Assembly (NCBI GenBank): GCA_964057225.1
Contig: OZ059900.1
Location: 18,290,001 to 18,354,000, forward strand
Length of the DNA stretch: 64,000 nt
Source: Auanema rhodensis
Taxonomy: Eukaryota > Animalia > Nematoda
Direction: 5' to 3'
This document shows positions 57,807 to 64,000 of this stretch, piece by piece. A program made the position numbers and the translations under genes. A model generated the notes under the pieces. It ran no database searches, was not told the DNA's origin, and was given only the letters and a program-made list of their open reading frames with translations. Every line of letters begins with the position of its first letter. Position 1 is the first letter of the stretch.

Positions 57807-60542
57807 GCTCAAAATTGTTCGTGCAACGTCTAGTTCCACTTTCACGACTAAAAAACAGGGGTTAGAAAATTAAGGAAATTAGCATATTCTGAGGGCACGC
57901 CCCTTATGGCTAATATTGATTAAATCGATTTTTGTTCATATGAGTCGTCAAATGCAACGAATTTCAGCGTGTTACATACTAAAATGAAGCATTTTACATG
58001 CTGAACACTAGAAAAATACAAAAACACAGTATTTCCCATGAGAAATATTTTATTATGCTGGAAAACCAGTTTTTGGAAATTTCGCTGTAAACAAGGTTTT
58101 GACTTACGATTTCATGTGTTCAAACTCATGCAATGTCAATGAAACCCAGCTCAAAATTGTTCGTACAACGTCTAGTTCCACTTTCACGACAAAAAAACAG
58201 GGGTTAGAAAATTAAGGAAATTAGCATATTCTGAGGGCACGCCCCTTATGGCTAATATTGATTAAATCGATTTTTGTTCATATGAGTCGTCAAATGCAAC
58301 GAATTTCAGCGTGTTACATACTAAAATGAAGCATTTTACATGCTGAACACTAGAAAAATACAAAAACACAGTATTTCCCATGAGAAATATTTTATTATGC
58401 TGGAAAACCAGTTTTTGGAAATTTCGCTGTAAACAAGGTTTTGACTTACGATTCCATGTGTTCAAACTCATGCAATGTCAATGAAACCTAGCTCAAAATT
58501 GTTCGTACAACGTCTAGTTCCACTTTCACGACAAAAAAACAGGGGTTAGAAAATTAAGGAAATTAGCATATTCTGAGGGCACGCCCCTTATGGCTAATAT
58601 TGATTAAATCGATTTTTGTTCATATGAGTCGTCAAATGCAACGAATTTCAGCGTGTTACATACTAAAATGAAGCATTTTACATGCTGAACACTAGAAAAA
58701 TACAAAAACACAGTATTTCCCATGAGAAATATTTTATTATGCTGGAAAACCAGTTTTTGAAAATTTCGCTGTAAACAAGGTTTTGACTTACGATTTCATG
58801 TGTTCAAACTCATGCAATGTCAATGAAACCTAGCTCAAAATTGTTCCTACAACGTCTAGTTCCACTTTCACGACAAAAAAACAGGGGTTAGAAAATTAAG
58901 GAAATTAGCATATTCTGAGGGCACGCCCTTTATGGCTAATATTGATTAAATCGATTTTTGTTCATATGAGTCGTCAAATGCAACGAATTTCAGCGTGTTA
59001 CATACTAAAATGAAGCATTTTACATGCTGAACACTAGAAAAATACAAAAACACAGTATTTCCCATGAGAAATATTTTATTATGCTGGAAAACCAGTTTTT
59101 GAAAATTTCGCTGTAAACAAGGTTTTGACTTACGATTTCATGTGTTCAAACTCATGCAATGTCAATGAAACCTAGCTCAAAATTGTTCCTACAACGTCTA
59201 GTTCCACTTTCACGACAAAAAAACAGGGGTTAGAAAATTAAGGAAATTAGCATATTCTGAGGGCACGCCCTTTATGGCTAATATTGATTAAATCGATTTT
59301 TGTTCATATGAGTCGTCAAATGCAACGAATTTCAGCGTGTTACATACTAAAATGAAGCATTTTACATGCTGAACACTAGAAAAATACAAAAACACAGTAT
59401 TTCCCATGAGAAATATTTTATTATGCTGGAAAACCAGTTTTTGGAAATTTCGCTGTAAACAAGGTTTTGACTTACGATTTCATGTGTTCAAACTCATGCA
59501 ATGTCAATGAAACCTAGCTCAAAATTGTTCGTACAACGTCTAGTTCCACTTTCACGACAAAAAAACAGGGGTTAGAAAATTAAGGAAATTAGCATATTCT
59601 GAGGGCACGCCCCTTATGGCTAATATTGATTAAATCGATTTTTGTTCATATGAGTCGTCAAATGCAACGAATTTCAGCGTGTTACGTACTAAAATGAAGC
59701 ATTTTACATGCTGAACACTAGAAAAATACAAAAACACAGTATTTCCCATGAGAAATATTTTATTATGCTGGAAAACCAGTTTTTGGAAATTTCGCTGTAA
59801 ACAAGGTTTTGACTTACGATTTCATGTGTTCAAACTCATGCAATGTCAATGAAACCTAGCTCAAAATTGTTCCTACAACGTCTAGTTCCACTTTCACGAC
59901 AAAAAAACAGGGGTTAGAAAATTAAGGAAATTAGCATATTCTGAGGGCACGCCCTTTATGGCTAATATTGATTAAATCGATTTTTGTTCATATGAGTCGT
60001 CAAATGCAACGAATTTCAGCGTGTTACATACTAAAATGAAGCATTTCACATGCTGAACACTAGAAAAATACAAAAACACAGTATTTCCCATGAGAAATAT
60101 TTTATTATGCTGGAAAACCAGTTTTTGGAAATTTCGCTGTAAACAAGGTTTTGACTTACGATTTCATGTGTTCAAACTCATGCAATGTCAATGAAACCTA
60201 GCTCAAAATTGTTCGTACAACGTCTAGTTCCACTTTCACGACAAAAAAACAGGGGTTAGAAAATTAAGGAAATTAGCATATTCTGAGGGCACGCCCCTTA
60301 TGGCTAATATTGATTAAATCGATTTTTGTTCATATGAGTCGTCAAATGCAACGAATTTCAGCGTGTTACATACTAAAATGAAGCATTTTACATGCTGAAC
60401 ACTAGAAAAATACAAAAACACAGTAATACCCATGAGAAATATTTTATTATGCTGGAAAACCAGTTTTTGGAAATTTCGCTGTAAACAAGGTTTTGACTTA
60501 CGATTTCATGTGTTCAAACTCATGCAATGTCAATGAAACCTA

Positions 60543-63278
60543 GCTCAAAATTGTTCGTACAACGTCTAGTTCCACTTTCACGACAAAAAAACAGGGGTTA
60601 GAAAATTAAGGAAATTAGCATATTCTGAGGGCACGCCCCTTATGGCTAATATTGATTAAATCGATTTTTGTTCATATGAGTCGTCAAATGCAACGAATTT
60701 CAGCGTGTTACATACTAAAATGAAGCATTTTACATGCTGAACACTAGAAAAATACAAAAACATAGTATTTCCCATGAGAAATATTTTATTATGCTGGAAA
60801 ACCAGTTTTTGGAAATTTCGCTGTAAACAAGGTTTTGACTTACGATTTCATGTGTTCAAACTCATGCAATGTCAATGAAACCTAGCTCAAAATTGTTCGT
60901 ACAACGTCTAGTTCCACTTTCACGACAAAAAAACAGGGGTTAGAAAATTAAGGAAATTAGCATATTCTGAGGGCACGCCCCTTATGGCTAATATTGATTA
61001 AATCGATTTTTGTTCATATGAGTCGTCAAATGCAACGAATTTCAGCGTGTTACATACTAAAATGAAGCATTTTACATGCTGAACACTAGAAAAATACAAA
61101 AACACAGTATTTCCCATGAGAATAATTTTATTATGCTGGAAAACCAGTTTTTGGAAATTTCGCTGTAAACAAGGTTTTGACTTACGATTTCATGTGTTCA
61201 AACTCATGCAATGTCAATGAAACCTAGCTCAAAATTGTTCGTACAACGTCTAGTTCCACTTTCACGACAAAAAAACAGGGGTTAGAAAATTAAGGAAATT
61301 AGCATATTCTGAGGGCACGCCCCTTATGGCTAATATTGATTAAATCGATTTTTGTTCATATGAGTCGTCAAATGCAACGAATTTCAGCGTGTTACATACT
61401 AAAATGAAGCATTTTACATGCTGAACACTAGAAAAATACAAAAACACAGTATTTCCCATGAGAAATATTTTATTATGCTGGAAAACCAGTTTTTGAAAAT
61501 TTCGCTGTAAACAAGGTTTTGACTTACGATTTCATGTGTTCAAACTCATGCAATGTCAATGAAACCTAGCTCAAAATTGTTCCTACAACGTCTAGTTCCA
61601 CTTTCACGACAAAAAAACAGGGGTTAGAAAATTAAGGAAATTAGCATATTCTGAGAGCACGCCCTTTATGGCTAATATTGATTAAATCGATTTTTGTTCA
61701 TATGAGTCGTCAAATGCAACGAATTTCAGCGTGTTACATACTAAAATGAAGCATTTTACATGCTGAACGCTAGAAAAATACAAAAACACAGTAATACCCA
61801 TGAGAAATATTTTATTATGCTGGAAAACCAGTTTTTGGAAATTTCGCTGTAAACAAGGTTTTGACTTACGATTTCATGTGTTCAAACTCATGCAATGTCA
61901 ATGAAACCTAGCTCAAAATTGTTCGTACAACGTCTAGTTCCACTTTCACGACAAAAAAACAGGGGTTAGAAAATTAAGGAAATTAGCATATTCTGAGGGC
62001 ACGCCCCTTATGGCTAATATTGATTAAATCGATTTTTGTTCATATGAGTCGTCAAATGCAACGAATTTCAGCGTGTTACATACTAAAATGAAGCATTTTA
62101 CATGCTGAACACTAGAAAAATACAAAAACACAGTATTTCCCATGAGAAATATTTTATTATGCTGGAAAACCAGTTTTTGGAAATTTCGCTGTAAACAAGG
62201 TTTTGACTTACGATTTCATGTGTTCAAACTCATGCAATGTCAATGAAACCTAGCTCAAAATTGTTCGTACAACGTCTAGTTCCACTTTCACGACAAAAAA
62301 ACAGGGGTTAGAAAATTAAGGAAATTAGCATATTCTGAGGGCACGCCCCTTATGGCTAATATTGATTAAATCGATTTTTGTTCATATGAGTCGTCAAATG
62401 CAACGAATTTCAGCGTGTTACATACTAAAATGAAGCATTTTACATGCTGAACACTAGAAAAATACAAAAACACAGTATTTCCCATGAGAATAATTTTATT
62501 ATGCTGGAAAACCAGTTTTTGGAAATTTCGCTGTAAACAAGGTTTTGACTTACGATTTCATGTGTTCAAACTCATGCAATGTCAATGAAACCTAGCTCAA
62601 AATTGTTCGTACAACGTCTAGTTCCACTTTCACGACAAAAAAACAGGGGTTAGAAAATTAAGGAAATTAGCATATTCTGAGGGCACGCCCCTTATGGCTA
62701 ATATTGATTAAATCGATTTTTGTTCATATGAGTCGTCAAATGCAACGAATTTCAGCGTGTTACATACTAAAATGAAGCATTTTACATGCTGAACACTAGA
62801 AAAATACAAAAACACAGTATTTCCCATGAGAAATATTTTATTATGCTGGAAAACCAGTTTTTGAAAATTTCGCTGTAAACAAGGTTTTGACTTACGATTT
62901 CATGTGTTCAAACTCATGCAATGTCAATGAAACCTAGCTCAAAATTGTTCCTACAACGTCTAGTTCCACTTTCACGACAAAAAAACAGGGGTTAGAAAAT
63001 TAAGGAAATTAGCATATTCTGAGAGCACGCCCTTTATGGCTAATATTGATTAAATCGATTTTTGTTCATATGAGTCGTCAAATGCAACGAATTTCAGCGT
63101 GTTACATACTAAAATGAAGCATTTTACATGCTGAACGCTAGAAAAATACAAAAACACAGTATTACCCATGAGAAATATTTTATTATGCTGGAAAACCAGT
63201 TTTTGGAAATTTCGCTGTAAACAAGGTTTTGACTTACGATTTCATGTGTTCAAACTCATGCAATGTCAATGAAACCTA
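60543..63278. repeat. 4-monomer (1368 bp) tandem duplication, M178-181 / M182-185
   Basis: The private alleles GAGAGCAC and GAACGCTAG occur in M181 and M185. Each is preceded by a GAATAATT monomer and then a G270A monomer. Confidence 0.9.
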
Positions 63279-64000
63279 GCTCAAAATTGTTCCTACAACG
63301 TCTAGTTCCACTTTCACGACAAAAAAACAGGGGTTAGAAAATTAAGGAAATTAGCATATTCTGAGGGCACGCCCCTTATGGCTAATATTGATTAAATCGA
63401 TTTTTGTTCATATGAGTCGTCAAATGCAACGAATTTCAGCGTGTTACATACTAAAATGAAGCATTTTACATGCTGAACACTAGAAAAATACAAAAACATA
63501 GTATTTCCCATGAGAAATATTTTATTATGCTGGAAAACCAGTTTTTGGAAATTTCGCTGTAAACAAGGTTTTGACTTACGATTTCATGTGTTCAAACTCA
63601 TGCAATGTCAATGAAACCTAGCTCAAAATTGTTCGTACAACGTCTAGTTCCACTTTCACGACAAAAAAACAGGGGTTAGAAAATTAAGGAAATTAGCATA
63701 TTCTGAGGGCACGCCCCTTATGGCTAATATTGATTAAATCGATTTTTGTTCATATGAGTCGTCAAATGCAACGAATTTCAGCGTGTTACATACTAAAATA
63801 AAGCATTTTACATGCTGAACACTAGAAAAATACAAAAACACAGTATTTCCCATGAGAAATATTTTATTATGCTGGAAAACCAGTTTTTGGAAATTTCGCT
63901 GTAAACAAGGTTTTGACTTACGATTTCATGTGTTCAAACTCATGCAATGTCAATGAAACCTAGCTCAAAATTGTTCGTACAACGTCTAGTTCCACTTTCA

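Larger units (their letters stand above)
1..64000. repeat. Tandem satellite DNA array, 342-bp monomer, 187 full copies plus a partial; probably (peri)centromeric heterochromatin
   Basis: GCTCAAAATTG recurs at 1, 343, 685, 1027 ... 63621, 63963. The period is 342 bp, except nine 343-bp monomers (extra C in GCACGCCCC) and one 341-bp monomer (TATTTCCATG at ~52901-52910). The array runs off both window ends. The centromeric role is inference. Confidence 0.98.

Noticed and set aside
58262-58471. 69-aa minus-strand ORF (MSLNTWNRK...)
   Set aside because: It exists only because a private T>C at 58454 turns TGA into TGG in one monomer. The other copies read ATG AGT TTG AAC ACA TGA. There is no recognisable domain.
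1-64000. Tandem coding repeat (342 bp = 114 codons), or a gene array under a TGA=Trp code
   Set aside because: The ORF track shows no long ORFs. The best frame still ends in TAA within every monomer, and the +1/-1 indels break frame.
1-64000. CRISPR array or repeat/variable-spacer system
   Set aside because: There are no unique spacers, the entire unit is repeated at ~99% identity, and no cas genes are present.

Overview
The whole 64 kb window is one uninterrupted head-to-tail tandem array (satellite DNA) of a 342-bp, AT-rich monomer (~34% GC by hand count). It holds 187 complete copies plus a 38-bp partial copy, all in the same orientation. I saw no insertions, inversions, genes or RNA genes. 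Copies are about 99% identical, typically 0-5 differences from consensus. The length bookkeeping closes exactly: 187 x 342, plus nine 1-bp C insertions, minus one 1-bp deletion, puts the last monomer start at 63963. This fits a recently homogenised eukaryotic centromeric or pericentromeric satellite, but I cannot assign the species or family. The informative structure is the order of shared variants, typed by eye. They reveal nested higher-order repeats (2-, 3-, 4-, 5-, 6- and 15-mers, plus 20-30-monomer blocks), a recurring variant cycle, mappable recombination junctions and region-restricted alleles. The monomer shows a weak 2 x ~171-bp substructure and many short dyads. The single ORF in the track is an artefact of one point variant. 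I found no evidence of a novel protein-coding system. Notation: Mn is the nth monomer, and allele positions are relative to the monomer start GCTCAAAATT.
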